Notes: generated by a model not told the origin, from the letters alone. A stretch of 64,000 nt of DNA from Octopus sinensis (GCF_006345805.1 NC_043000.1:37882001-37946000); one strand, 5' to 3'. Positions 24,322 to 36,473 are shown, counted from the stretch's first letter. Program-made: numbers and translations.

Positions 24322-24877
24322 ATACATGGTGGCTGCCCCCTCGTTATCGAGTATGGCCATTGCATGAAGCTTAATCAATGTTGTTATCGTGCAATGCCTG
24401 TGCAAGAAGATTTTTTTTAAAGTGAGGGAAGGCTGTGCACCGAGTCAATCCCACTCACTAAGCAACAGCAGCCGTAATCCGAAAAGAACAAGTCAACATC
24501 ATCGGTAACCACGGAGCTGCAGATTTTATGTCGGAGTTATCCCAGTTACCTGAGTTACCTTCTCCTAGAAGGATTCCCTAACAAAGGCGCTGGAAGTCCT
24601 TCACTCCCAATGGTTTAACTGCGTGATCGGTATTCAGTCCGATCATTTCTATGTCCCCGCGCATGATACAGCCTTAAGACATTTATTGGATGGCCGTTCA
24701 CTCTCAAGAGTTCCTCCGCCCTTTGGCGGGTTTTCTTTTTCATCCCGCAGGGTGTCCAATAAATACCCTCCTCGCCAGGCAAGCTTGGTGGGGTTGCCGG
24801 TTTAGTCGCCGACAACACGACCATGCAACAGGTTGTACTGGGTTACATGTTACCAGTAGCACTCGAAAGTGACCTGA
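24322..24877 (-). mobile_element. Non-autonomous element sharing the RTE LINE 3' tail, flanked by (CATA)n
   Basis: Reverse complement of 24322-24374 matches 41047-41099 at 49/53; no ORF2 coding similarity seen in the body. Confidence 0.7.
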
Positions 24878-24908
24878 CACATATATACATACATACATAC
24901 ATACATAC

Positions 24909-24944
<36 letters not shown>

Positions 24945-25459
24945 GTACATACAAACATACATACATACATACATACATACATGCATGCATACATACATAC
25001 ATACATACATACATACATGCATACATACATACATACATATGTACATACATACGTACGTACATGCATTCACACATTCATAGATACATTCATATATACATGC
25101 ATGCAATGGATGTAGATTGATCGATAGACAGATGTAATCGAATGTGTGCATGTATGCGTGCGCACATATTGGCGAGCGAGCGCATGTGTATAAGTGTGCG
25201 TGTTTATGATAGAAGCGCGTATAAGATGGGCAGAGATCATATCGACGTCATTTGATAAAGTCAGGAGGATTGATCTGAGCCTCGAGTTACGATATCCCAT
25301 ATATAACGTTCTAGATCTAATTGCTTGCTGTAAATCACAACACTTTATATCCATAGCAGAGCAGAGCGATCGTTTACCGAGACTGACGAGTTGAATGAAA
25401 TAGAGCCGAAAGAAACATAATAACAGGCCAGCGTGTATTTATTATAAGCAACAACAGAA

Positions 25460-25490
<31 letters not shown>

Positions 25491-25702
25491 ACAGCAGCAG
25501 CAGCATTAACGCTCGCGTATCATTTGGTGTTCTTTGGAACAGAAGAATGAAGGGGTGAGGGTGTAGCGAAACAGCGGAAAGAAGATGAGAAGGAAAAAAA
25601 CAGAAAAAAAAGAGTAAAGAAATTTGTGAAACAATAAGAATGTAGCAAGGATTTTGTTTAAGATGGCGTTTGCAGTGATATGAGACCGCGCGATCGCGCA
25701 TG

Positions 25703-25739
<37 letters not shown>

Positions 25740-26037
25740 GCATATTCATATGTATGTATGTGTGCATGTATGTATAATGTAAAATAGATTATACTTTATA
25801 CATGATTAAATCATCAAGGATAACTGAGAAATAAAATGGTGTTGGGCGGGGTGGAAATAGATAAGCGGATTAAGATATGAGGAAGAAATGGACTGACTGC
25901 ATATAAAGAAGTGATATATGCACATATACATACGCACCCGTGTATGCAAATATAAACACACACAGAGTCACATATGTATACGCACATGCACGCACATGGA
26001 TATATATAAATTATTCCTATAAACTTACATAAACATG

Positions 26038-26097
<60 letters not shown>

Positions 26098-26513
26098 GAA
26101 TATGAATTGAATTCGCAATACACACATGTTCGTGTATGTATACATGTGTATATCTATCCATATATACATGTGTGTGTGTGCATTTCTGTTTGTGTGTCTA
26201 TGGATGCTTTTTTGTGTGTATATATATATATAAATAGGGAGGTATGTATGTATATATGTATGTTATGTAATTGTATATGTATGAATACATTTGTATATAT
26301 CTATGAATACACACCCGTGCACACACGCACGTACACACACACACATATATACACATATGTATTTAATGTCTGAATACATACAAGAATTCGTATATATGTC
26401 GGTGTATACACATAAGCATATATAAAATTTTGTTCTAAACCATGTGTGGGGAAAGCATGACATATTTATGAAGAGGGGTGAGAGAGACGGTTAGAATGGA
26501 ACGATAGAGACAT

Positions 26514-26550
<37 letters not shown>

Positions 26551-26639
26551 GAGAGAGGGGCTCTGCAAAACGCTAGAGAGAATAAGAGAAGGTAGACTGA
26601 AGGAAGTCGCAATAGGTAGAGATGATAGAAAGAGCGACA

Positions 26640-26800
26640 GGGGGCGGTATTGTAGCGAAATGCACTTAGTGTTTATGAATTCTAAAATGGCGGACCAATC
26701 ATAAATTCAGAGCGCTATCAAATTTATTTTACTGTGTAAGTCAGTTTAGAATCCGCCTGGTTTGTGTTAACGTGCCAAACTTGCTTCCGTATGTTGACGG
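26640..26800 (+). promoter_or_regulatory. Possible promoter-like motif cluster
   Basis: GGGGCGG (26641), AAAATGGCGG (YY1-like, 26684) immediately followed by CCAATC, in unique CpG-retaining sequence. Confidence 0.25.
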
Positions 26801-27321
26801 CACTTGTCGAACGTCAAACTCTGGCGGATAATTCAATTAGAACTATTCTCTGGAAGAGCATCAAATGGTTTTAGACTTCTCCTAGAGGGCGCTACGACTC
26901 GATGATGGAATGCATATGTACCGGCCAGAAACATGGTGTTATAATTTGCCGTTGAAATATCAAAATTTGTGTCATATTTCATTAGCGAAAATGCCATCTT
27001 CACTGTCAGGAGAGAACCATGCCAAAAACAATCCAAAGTTGCTAATAAGCGTTAGAATATTCCTTATTTCAACTCCAAACTATATGGCCATCGACATTTA
27101 CAGATTTTTCTCAAATTTTGTCATAGCTGTTTATATTACATTATTATTTTTTTAAAGATTTTTTTCCCTTTCACCCTTTTCACTTTCCATGTATTAAGCA
27201 CAGTCTGTTTCTTTCGTTGTTTGCTTTTTATTATTTCTGCTGCTTTCTTGTATGTGTATATGTATGTATATAGGTATATATATATAGAAACCATATATAT
27301 ATATATAGATAGATGTATAAT

Positions 27322-27363
<42 letters not shown>

Positions 27364-27483
27364 GCAATATATATATATATATATATACACAGGCAACATA
27401 TATATGTATGTGTGCGTTGTGTGTGTTACACATATATGCGCATATATATATCTGTAGGTATCATATATGTATGTATGTATGCG

Positions 27484-27532
<49 letters not shown>

Positions 27533-27580
27533 TACATATGTATATATATACGCATATATTGTACGTATATATATATATGT

Positions 27581-27763
27581 ATAATACGCAGATAATATCG
27601 ACATATTTAGATAAATATAGGAATACATGTTAGAGATATTATAAGCGAACGAAAAAGTGAAGAAAAAACATCTATATATATATATACATATATATGTATG
27701 TATAATATCGCTTACATGTATTCCTATATTTATCTAAATATGTCGATATTATCTGCGTATTAT
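27581..27763. repeat. Perfect 50-bp inverted repeat with an 83-bp spacer
   Basis: 27581-27630 is the exact reverse complement of 27714-27763. Confidence 0.95.
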
Positions 27764-27809
27764 TTATGTCTCAGTTTCTTAATGTAACTAAATCACAATA
27801 GAGCAGATA

Positions 27810-27887
<78 letters not shown>

Positions 27888-27926
27888 TTGTCCATCTATC
27901 TATCTGTCTATCTATCTATCTATCTA

Positions 27927-27968
<42 letters not shown>

Positions 27969-28160
27969 ACTATCTATCTATCTATCTATCTATCTATTTA
28001 TCATTCTGTCTGTCTGTTTGTCTATTCATCTATCTGTCTGTCTGTCTGTCTATCTGTCTATGTATCCATCTATGTATCTATTTGTCGATCTATCTATCGA
28101 TCCATTTATTGATCTATCTGTCTGTCTATCTATCTGTCAGTCAGCCTATCTGTCTGTCTA
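27810..28160. repeat. (CT)/(TATC)/(TGTC) compound microsatellite
   Basis: Direct reading. Confidence 0.95.
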
Positions 28161-29056
28161 TGTGAATTCGTAGAAATGTGAGTATGGAGATACGTTTTAG
28201 TGCTTCTGTAAATATTCACAGACCTGTGCTTTAACAGACGCCATTGCCATGATATTCTGTTAATGATTACAGAACCACAGACTTCGGTCCCCACAAAATA
28301 TTTATAATTAATATCTGATGATATATTTGCATTATGTTGCAGATTTAAAAAATTTGTTTTAACCTTTGAATTACATTTTATTTACATATTTTTAAAGGAA
28401 AGAAGAAACATTAAAAGTATAAAAAAAGTTAAATTATCGAGGAAAAACAACACAAGTCTTCCATGCCAAGGAAACAAAAAAAAAAAAAACCCACAACGAA
28501 AAGACGTTGGAGATGGGTTTAAACAACAGAAGGTGGTGGGAAGGGAGCAATGGATTGTATGCTCCAGAACGAAGGGCGTGTTGAGGCGCTAATATGATTG
28601 CAAAGGCGTTGAAGCAGAGAATAGCTCGTGATACGCGCTGCAACAGCTATCCCACCTCGCGTGGCTCACATATCAGACGGACCGCAGATACCCCGATTTT
28701 GCGGAGAAAATCTGCCGTGAGGATCCGGAAAACACCTGGAGTCTCGATGGCCACCGATACGATAACTGATAGCGGCCGGTTTGGTGCGTAGAATGTCAGC
28801 AAGCCGTGCCATGCGTGTGAGTATGGCTTGGCTATATGTATCATGATTTCGCTAAAGTTCTTTTTAGGTATCTACTTAGTCACGAGCAGAAGTAGATACC
28901 CTCACGTCCCTTTGAACCTTGAGTCTGCCTTACATCTAAGAAGTAACAGCCGGAAGACAGGATGGCTGCAACCCGTTGCCGCATATTCGAGGATGAGAAT
29001 AAGAGGGCAAGAGGAAATGAAGTGTTCGGCAAAAAGGAACGATAGAATAAGTAACT

Positions 29057-29580
29057 GTAGAATGAAATCGCATGAAATGAGGCTTCCGACACCCATGATA
29101 AACGATCCTTGTCTGATACGATCTGGGTGTGTGCTTTTATGCCCTTAATGCTTATATCAGAGGATCTCCCAAGGCTAAATACGCAATATTCGCTGTTGTA
29201 ATAAGATATCCACGTGAAATTACATATAAAGATTACCTTCTGGTTGTAACACTGCTTTCATCGTTAACAGTTAATGTTTAATAGGTATGTAGGCTATCTG
29301 CGACATCAGTGTATTAAAAAATGCTGATATTCCATGTATCGTAGCAGCGAAATTTGACTGACATGTGGTAGCCGGACGCCTCCTGCTGATGATTTCCAGT
29401 AGAATGAAATCACGAGATATGGGGCTTCGAGCACCCATGACGGACGACTCAAGTCTGCTACGATCTATGTGTGTGTTTTTATGTACCAAGCGCCTAAATA
29501 GGAGGATCTCTTAAAGCTAACAACGCAATATTCGGTGTTCTGACAAGACATTCATGTTAAGTTGGATATAAAGATTACTT
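29057..29580 (+). repeat. Diverged ~180-bp direct repeat, period 342 bp
   Basis: GTAGAATGAAATC...ACGCAATATTCG...ATATAAAGATTAC at 29057-29238 and 29399-29580. Confidence 0.8.
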
Positions 29581-29582
29581 CA

Positions 29583-29665
<83 letters not shown>

Positions 29666-29712
29666 ATATCTATCTATCATCTATCAGTCTCTTATATATA
29701 TAATATATATTA

Positions 29713-29745
<33 letters not shown>

Positions 29746-29799
29746 CAAACATATATAGATATATACATATACATATACATATATATTTCAAAATGTAAC

Positions 29800-29990
29800 C
29801 ACATGTGAATCGTTGGCGATTTTTGGGCTTCCGTCTCCCTTTTCTATTGGACTTTCCTCTGTCTCCTGTTTCTGAAGTAGAGCTTTGCTCGAAACTTAAA
29901 ACCACCTTTCTTTCCTTCTGTGAGCATCTGCTAATGCTTTACATGTACCACGTCCTCGCGTTCTTGTTTTTCGTGTTTGTTATATATGTT
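29800..29990 (+). mobile_element. PLE-type terminal repeat, family 3 (degenerate HHR at 29869-29901)
   Basis: UUU CUGAAGU A GAGC UUU GCUC GAAA C UU AAAA; homologous to 21410-21610. Confidence 0.65.
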
Positions 29991-30150
29991 AATAATAATA
30001 TGTTAATTATAATAATATGATAACAAAAGAATAAATGAGACCTCGATATTATGTAAATAGAGTAATTTATCTATAATATAATATGTGACAATTAGTCGGT
30101 TGCCATAATAAAACTCAGAGTTTCGGATGTCGGAGCATTCTTGTTTGTCT

Positions 30151-30213
30151 TAATAACTGATGAGATGCCGGAGCAGAAATCCACTCCATCATCTGAAACT
30201 CTGAGTTTTATTA
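30151..30213 (+). ncRNA. Type I hammerhead ribozyme candidate
   Basis: UAAUAA CUGAUGA GAUG...CAUC U GAAA CUC U GAG UU^UUAUUA: 6-bp stem I, 3-bp stem III, GUU triplet, one extra U before GAAA. Confidence 0.65.
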
Positions 30214-30237
30214 TGGTAACTAACAAATTGTAAACAC

Positions 30238-30330
<93 letters not shown>

Positions 30331-30332
<2 letters not shown>

Positions 30333-31442
30333 AATGTGAGATTAAAATTCTTTTCGAAAAAATATTATTTTCTCGAAAAATTTTTTATCAATGGCCAGCA
30401 TATTAAAAAATACCTTTAACGGTTAAATTTATAAACAATTCATAAATGAGGGCAAAGGAAAAGAATTCTAATGCCAACTATGCCGAAAAATTGGACATAT
30501 TGTCCATTAACCATATAATTTTTTCACAATACACACGCTACTCGAAAAAAGGTCGACAGAAATTTCTAAAAAATTCCATTATTACCATATCGGACCGATT
30601 TCAGAGTTAGCTACTAAGAGCCCTCTCTTCGTCAGTGATACATGTGGTAAAAGAAATAAATGAGACACTTACTCACACCCATCGAAGAAGCAAATACTAA
30701 GTCATGGGCACAACTAAGTACCCCAAATACATCCAAAATAGAAATACTCCAGCCCATTCGAGGCACGTGCGATTTGAACTGAGGCTCTCACAGAGTGAGT
30801 TAGTTAGTTCGGAAGTGAACGCTTAAATTTATATCAAATGTGAGGATAAAATTCTTTTCGAAAAAAAATTATTTTCTCGAAAAAAATTTTTATCAATGAC
30901 CAGCATATTAAAAATACCTTTAACGGTTAAATTTATAAACAATTCATAAATGAGGGCAAAGGAAAAGAATTCTAATACCAAATATGCCGAAAAATTGGAC
31001 ATATTGTCCATTAACCATATAATTTTTTCACAATACGCACGCTACTCGAAAAAAGGTCGACAGAAATTTCTAAAAAATTCCATTATTACCATATCGGACC
31101 GATTTCAGAGTTAGCTACTGAGAGCCCTCTCTTCATTTCTATTTTGGATGTATTTGGGGTACTTAGTTGTGCCCATGACTTAGTATTTGCTTCTTCCATG
31201 GGTGTGAGTAAGTATCTCAAATATTTCTTTTACCACATGTATCACTGACGAAGAGAGGGCTCTTAGTAGCTAACTCTGAAATCAGTCCGATATGGTAATA
31301 ATGGAATTTTTTAGAAATTTCTGTCGACCTTTTTTCGAGTAGCGTGCGTATTGTGAAAAAATTATATGGTTAATGGACAATATGTCCAAGTTTTCGGCAT
31401 ATTTGGCATTAGAATTCTTTCCTTTGCCCTCATTTATGAATT
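30331..31442. mobile_element. HHR-bearing 504-bp unit: partial tandem (minus strand) plus inverted copy, inserted in (TA)n
   Basis: 30331 and 30835 start identical sequence (period 504). 31135-31442 is the reverse complement of 30437-30745. HHR at 30585-30644 (-) and 31236-31294 (+). Confidence 0.85.
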
Positions 31443-31477
31443 ATATATATATATATATATACTATATATATATATAC

Positions 31478-31555
<78 letters not shown>

Positions 31556-31646
31556 ATATATGCATGTATGTATATATATATATATAACTATATACTTACA
31601 TGCAAAAATACACACATACATACATGCATACATACATACATGCATG

Positions 31647-31685
<39 letters not shown>

Positions 31686-31930
31686 ATAAGGTTCTATTGT
31701 ACTAGATATTTTGTTTCGTTATTTCCTATAAAACATTTCTACTTGTTTATAATTTAAACGACTTCAACAAGAGCAATGATACTATAGGCAATAAATAATA
31801 AGAGCTATTAAACAAGATGATACACGAATATATACGTATGTGTGTATATTTATATATAATAATAATGATAAGAAGAATAGTAATAATAAAATTATATATA
31901 TATATTTACACGCACACACATATACATATG

Positions 31931-32004
<74 letters not shown>

Positions 32005-32017
32005 CATATACATATGC

Positions 32018-32050
<33 letters not shown>

Positions 32051-32055
32051 CATAC

Positions 32056-32096
<41 letters not shown>

Positions 32097-32175
32097 CATA
32101 CACAGAGCTATACTTACATACAAACATACACACGCACATACGTACACATTCACACACACACACACACACACACAC
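31443..32175. repeat. (TA)/(TACA)/(CT)/(CA) compound microsatellite region
   Basis: Direct reading. Confidence 0.9.
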
Positions 32176-32479
32176 CTATTGATTTCGAGATCTGCCCGGA
32201 AGAACGTTTTGAAGAGGTGTAAGTAAATTAAAATAGAATTTTCCGGAAGCTAAGTTTAAAACAAAGGAAGGAAAATTGCTGCTCAGTTTTCATTTTATTT
32301 TCTTCAATCTCTTGAAAGACAATGTTCAACACATTTAAAGACAGACATAATAAAGCCAGCAGGTAAAATTGTTATTTCATTTCCATATAGTTGTACAGAA
32401 AACCATAGAGCGATATATTCATATACGGACATACACTTAGACATACAGACACATCCTGTTATTTGTATTTGAGTAACAT

Positions 32480-32790
32480 TTCTGCTTTTTTCCGTCCTAG
32501 TTTTCGTATACATTCGCTGCTTTCTTCCAAGGAATGTAATGCTCTTAGCTTATTTTTTTCTTGGGGCTGGCCACATTGGAGCAATCTGGAGTATAACCAG
32601 CCGAAATTGCAAAGATAATCTGGAACTCGACTGAGGATAGAAAACTCCGAATGATCCGTCCTTGCTTTCTTTGTATCGTCTGTCTGGATATTTTCTTGTC
32701 CCTTTTTTGTTGCACCTAACTGTCTGGATGTTTTGCGTTCTTGCCCCATTTTTGCATTTTTTATATTTAAAACATACATTCCAAAAAGCC
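32480..32790. repeat. Unclassified dispersed repeat; homologous inverted copy at 57045-57290
   Basis: Shared blocks such as GCAATTTCGGCTG, GGCCAGCCCCAA and ATTCCTTGGAAGAAAGC..CGAATGTATAC. Confidence 0.75.
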
Positions 32791-32918
32791 AGCAGGAATT
32801 TTCTAAAATGCAAGCATGGTCTGAAAATCTCCATCCTGGAATACACGATGCCTCTGGAACGAACGAGTTTTTAAGGATCCTTATACACACACTCACATAC
32901 ATACACGTACATATGTAC

Positions 32919-32956
<38 letters not shown>

Positions 32957-32991
32957 CAAAGTAAAATCGTAAGGTACCGCACAAGTGGAAA

Positions 32992-33370
32992 TATATTTGA
33001 AATAAGGTTTGAAAATGCAATTTTAAATGTGTTTATAGACCTATGCTTGCTGAGGGCCCGTCTCCGTCGGTTAGCCGTGCCTGCTCTCTTGTGGAGTGTC
33101 GGGCCCGGTCGAGAGAAGCGCACAGGTCCCGACGCCGGCCGGCTGCGGGGCGCTTATTTGCGACCTGCCGGCTCGACGGGTACGGTTCTCCACGACGGAT
33201 CGGAGGAGAAGTGGGTCCGATGCCGGCGGCCCGGAAATCGAGTGCCGATGGGGCGGCAGACGACCACCCGCGGGACGAACGGCCGCCACCGGTTCGTCGG
33301 CGACGACAAGTCCTCGGCGTGAAGCAGCAGACTGAGTCCTTTTTCATTTTCAAACCTTCTTTCATATATA
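32992..33370 (+). other. GC/CpG-rich structured segment bounded by 26-bp inverted repeats
   Basis: 32992-33017 vs 33345-33370 match at 24/26. Sampled interior lines are 65-75% GC. Closing helix 33044-33057/33310-33326; T5 run at 33340-33344. Confidence 0.7.
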
Positions 33371-33439
33371 TATGATAGATCGCTAGCCACTACACATTCT
33401 TTATTTTCTCTCTTTGTTTCTTTCTGTGTTCCTTTTGGT

Positions 33440-33890
33440 CACATTTAATTCAAAGTGTTAAAAATGTTATGAAAACAATTGGTATGTGTTCACAAAGTCC
33501 AAACGATTAATACGAAAAAACCCTCCAGGCTACATCCCGAAAATTCATTTTTTTGCCGAATTTCTACAATGTTTACGGCGATTCGTTTTTATATCTTGAT
33601 TTTTTATTTTTCATGCAACTTACGCATGCTTGCACGCGTGGTGAACACAGTTCACGTCAAACAGCTGACTGAGTAAAATTCACTATTCAATGCATGGGAT
33701 AACACATTATCGATTTTTGCAATTGCAAGATGAATTTCGGAACAGAAATAGCGCAGTTCAATTTTCATTTGCCTAAACTTTAAGTGACCCATTTGTGGTG
33801 GTTCTACGATTTGTTGGCTAGGACGAGATGTGCCGGGAAGTTAAACACATAGATACACACAGAGATACACACACAGACACACAAGTTGAG

Positions 33891-33925
<35 letters not shown>
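33440..33925 (-). mobile_element. Probable non-autonomous Helitron 5' portion
   Basis: Ends ACACAGACACACAAGTTGAGATTTTATATAT, like the other Helitron 5' ends here; no 3' terminus found. Confidence 0.35.
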
Positions 33926-33927
<2 letters not shown>

Positions 33928-34824
33928 TAAGTAGAGTTAGCAGTTGGAATAGCCGTCTTAGGGATAAGAATATCCGCTTTAATACCGGTATAAATTACTC
34001 ATGTTAACCTTGGGCATGGATATGCAAGCATATTATGCTCTTAGGATACAGGCAATAACAAAATATAAAAGAGTTTATCAGGAATCAAATTGAAGTTAAG
34101 CAGAAAATGGAGAAAATTCTTGATCAACAAACAAATCGACTACCGTTTCTTATTTTTAATACAAAACTTTAATATTTCTAACAACCGTTTCTGCTTCCAA
34201 TGTCCGTCAGCGCTACCAAAGAAAAATCTGAGAAATTATATTCATCATATTCTATAACACGTCCGATCTGGTACGCGGAACTTCATCAGAGTGAAGACAA
34301 ATACATAGAATAAAAGGAAAGAAGGGAAGAGAACAGGGTCTCGAGATGAGGGAAGAAAGCTTTTAATACATTTGTATCATACCATTTTACAGTGTAACGC
34401 TTGAAGTCATGAAGCAAATGACTAAACTAGAAAATAAATTGGTGGGTTAAACTTTCTTTAGTACTAAAGATTTCGTGAATAGTATAAATTAATATATTAA
34501 TCCAAATAACATACCCGTAAAATCATTACATTAACATGCTTACTGATATATTTTAAAGACCTGTCTTTAATGAGATTGACCAAAGTCCAGCTATCAATAT
34601 AACTGGTCAGTTAAATTCAAAAAACCAAGGGCAAGCGTAGACCGTTATAGGAGTAGAATTAAAGAAGTAAATAAAAATAAAAAATAAAAATAAAGAGTAA
34701 AAGTATGGAGAGGTAGCAGATTATAAACCAACCAAACATATAAGCAAACGCTGTGCTTATGGTAGTCAATTTGTTTGTTGAACAAGAATTTTCTCCATTT
34801 CCTGCTTAACCTATATATCTATAT

Positions 34825-34935
34825 ATTCTTTTATTCTTTTATTTGTTGCAGTCATTTGACTGCGTCCATGCTGGAGCACCGCCTTTAGTCGAACAAATCA
34901 GGACTTATTCTTTGTAAGCCTAGTACTTATCCTAT
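34825..34935 (-). mobile_element. SINE-A 3' end fragment
   Basis: CAGTCATTTGACTGCGTCCATGCTGGAGCACCGCCTTTAGTCG. Confidence 0.85.
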
Positions 34936-35437
34936 CTTGAGCTGGACTAATAAATACAATAAACAACTATTGTCCATTCATTCATATATTTCTTACTCAA
35001 TTTTTTATTTCATTTTATTCTTGATTTTATTTAAGAAATTTTATGTACCCTAGCATTGAGTTAATACATCTTATCAGTCTTTTAACCCTTTCGATATTTG
35101 CAATAAGTATTAGATTGCTGAGAAAGACTTCCACCTTACTTGAATAATAATAGTAACGATACACACTTGAATACAACTTTACATACTAATTTTCTATTAC
35201 TTTAATATGGATGGACATAATATCGCAATATATGGCATTTACACCAATATATCTACTTGAGCTGTTCTTATACACACTAGAAGAATAGACTGATTTATTC
35301 TTACTTTACAACTCCAATATACACTACCTGCTTCCCCTTTCTAAGTTCTATACCATGCTTTAGACTAAGTTATTTATGTATAAATTGTATCATTTAACGG
35401 TTTGCAGCTGTATGCTCAACATGCAGGAATTCGCCAT

Positions 35438-35615
35438 GATTGATCGCTAGCCACTACACATTCTTTATTTTCTCTCCCTGTTTCTTACTGTGTCCCTTTC
35501 TGTGGAAGAGCGTAGGCTCGAAACGCTAAAGACTTTTTCACAACCCGAGCATTATACTGATACATCTCTTTGTTGTCTACACCACCTGTTTTCGTATTTT
35601 TTTTTTTTTTGTGAA
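35438..35615 (+). mobile_element. PLE-type terminal repeat, family 2 (mutated HHR at 35496-35531); a partial copy is at 33375-33440
   Basis: CUUU CUGUGGA A GAGC GUAG GCUC GAAA CGCU AAAG. Confidence 0.7.
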
Positions 35616-35639
35616 TATATATATGTATATATATATATA

Positions 35640-35886
35640 CTAGCAGTATCACCCGGCGTTGCTCGGGTTTGTAAGGGAAATAACTATATAAGCATTTTTA
35701 GAGAGTTACTTCCCTTATATAATAGCAAAAAATGCATTAAAAATGGGAAAAAATGATGGTAATTTTTTTTTTAAATCGTAGACTCATCGTAGACGCGCGC
35801 TAAAACCCAGAAGGGGTCGATATGAATCACGATATGAATCTAAAACGTCGGAGACAGACACACAACTTCACTTTTATATATAAAGA
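35640..35886 (-). mobile_element. Non-autonomous Helitron with both termini
   Basis: Minus strand: A|TC TTTATATATAAAAG at the 5' end; hairpin CCCG AGCAACG CCGGG then CTAG|T at the 3' end. Confidence 0.85.
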
Positions 35887-35893
35887 TATATAT

Positions 35894-35936
<43 letters not shown>

Positions 35937-35959
35937 GTGTGTGTGTAGTTCAAGAAGAT

Positions 35960-36240
35960 TCGGGTAAAAACCTGATGTTCGATTCCTGAACGTCGGTGCG
36001 TTGAGTCCTTGGGCAAGACGCTTAATTTCCCGTTCCTCCAGTCCACTCAGCTGGCAAGAACCTGCAGTTCAAAGGGCCAGCCTTGTCACATCCTCTGTCA
36101 CGCTGAGTTTCGCAAAGAACTACGTGAAAGGGACGCATGTCTGTGGATTACTCAGCCACTTGCACGTTAATTTCATGTACAAACCCTTCTATTGAAAGTG
36201 TTAATTGGAACCCTCGTCATCGTAATCGACAGAGTGCCAT
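35960..36240 (+). mobile_element. SINE-C-related copy
   Basis: B-box GTTCGATTCC, CCTTGGGCAAG, and a 3' half shared with 17810-17990. Confidence 0.75.
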
Positions 36241-36473
36241 TTTAGTAGTAGTGTTAAGCCAAGTACTGAATTGTGCCTACTAACTACTATCAGGAACGAT
36301 CCTTTTGGCAGGCTTCTTCACAGTTTTTTTCGGGTATATTGTACCTGTGAGACTTAAGTTTCCCCTAGACTATGGTCGCAGGAACATTTCTAAGAATGGA
36401 ATCCTATTCAAAACTGCATAACTGTTCTTTATACACACACTCCTTCTTGAAAGCGTAAACTCTTCCAGTGCAG

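Noticed and set aside
24765-24800. HDV-like fragment CCC UCCUCGCC AGG CAAGCUU GG on the plus strand
   Set aside because: P3 is mismatched, no convincing P1 5' strand, and it is antisense to the host element.
32575-32625. GGCUGG...CCAGCC GAAA hairpin resembling hammerhead stem II
   Set aside because: No CUGANGA upstream in either family copy and no NUH triplet.
33038-33344. Resemblance to the U3 snoRNA 5' end/boxes and to 28S D8 boundaries
   Set aside because: No box C between the B-like and D-like motifs, and the D8 basal helix does not form; short chance similarities.
34180-34295. Minus-strand CUGAUGA A GUUCCG...CGGAC with a distant GAAAC
   Set aside because: The core halves are about 75 nt out of register; at best a disrupted relic.
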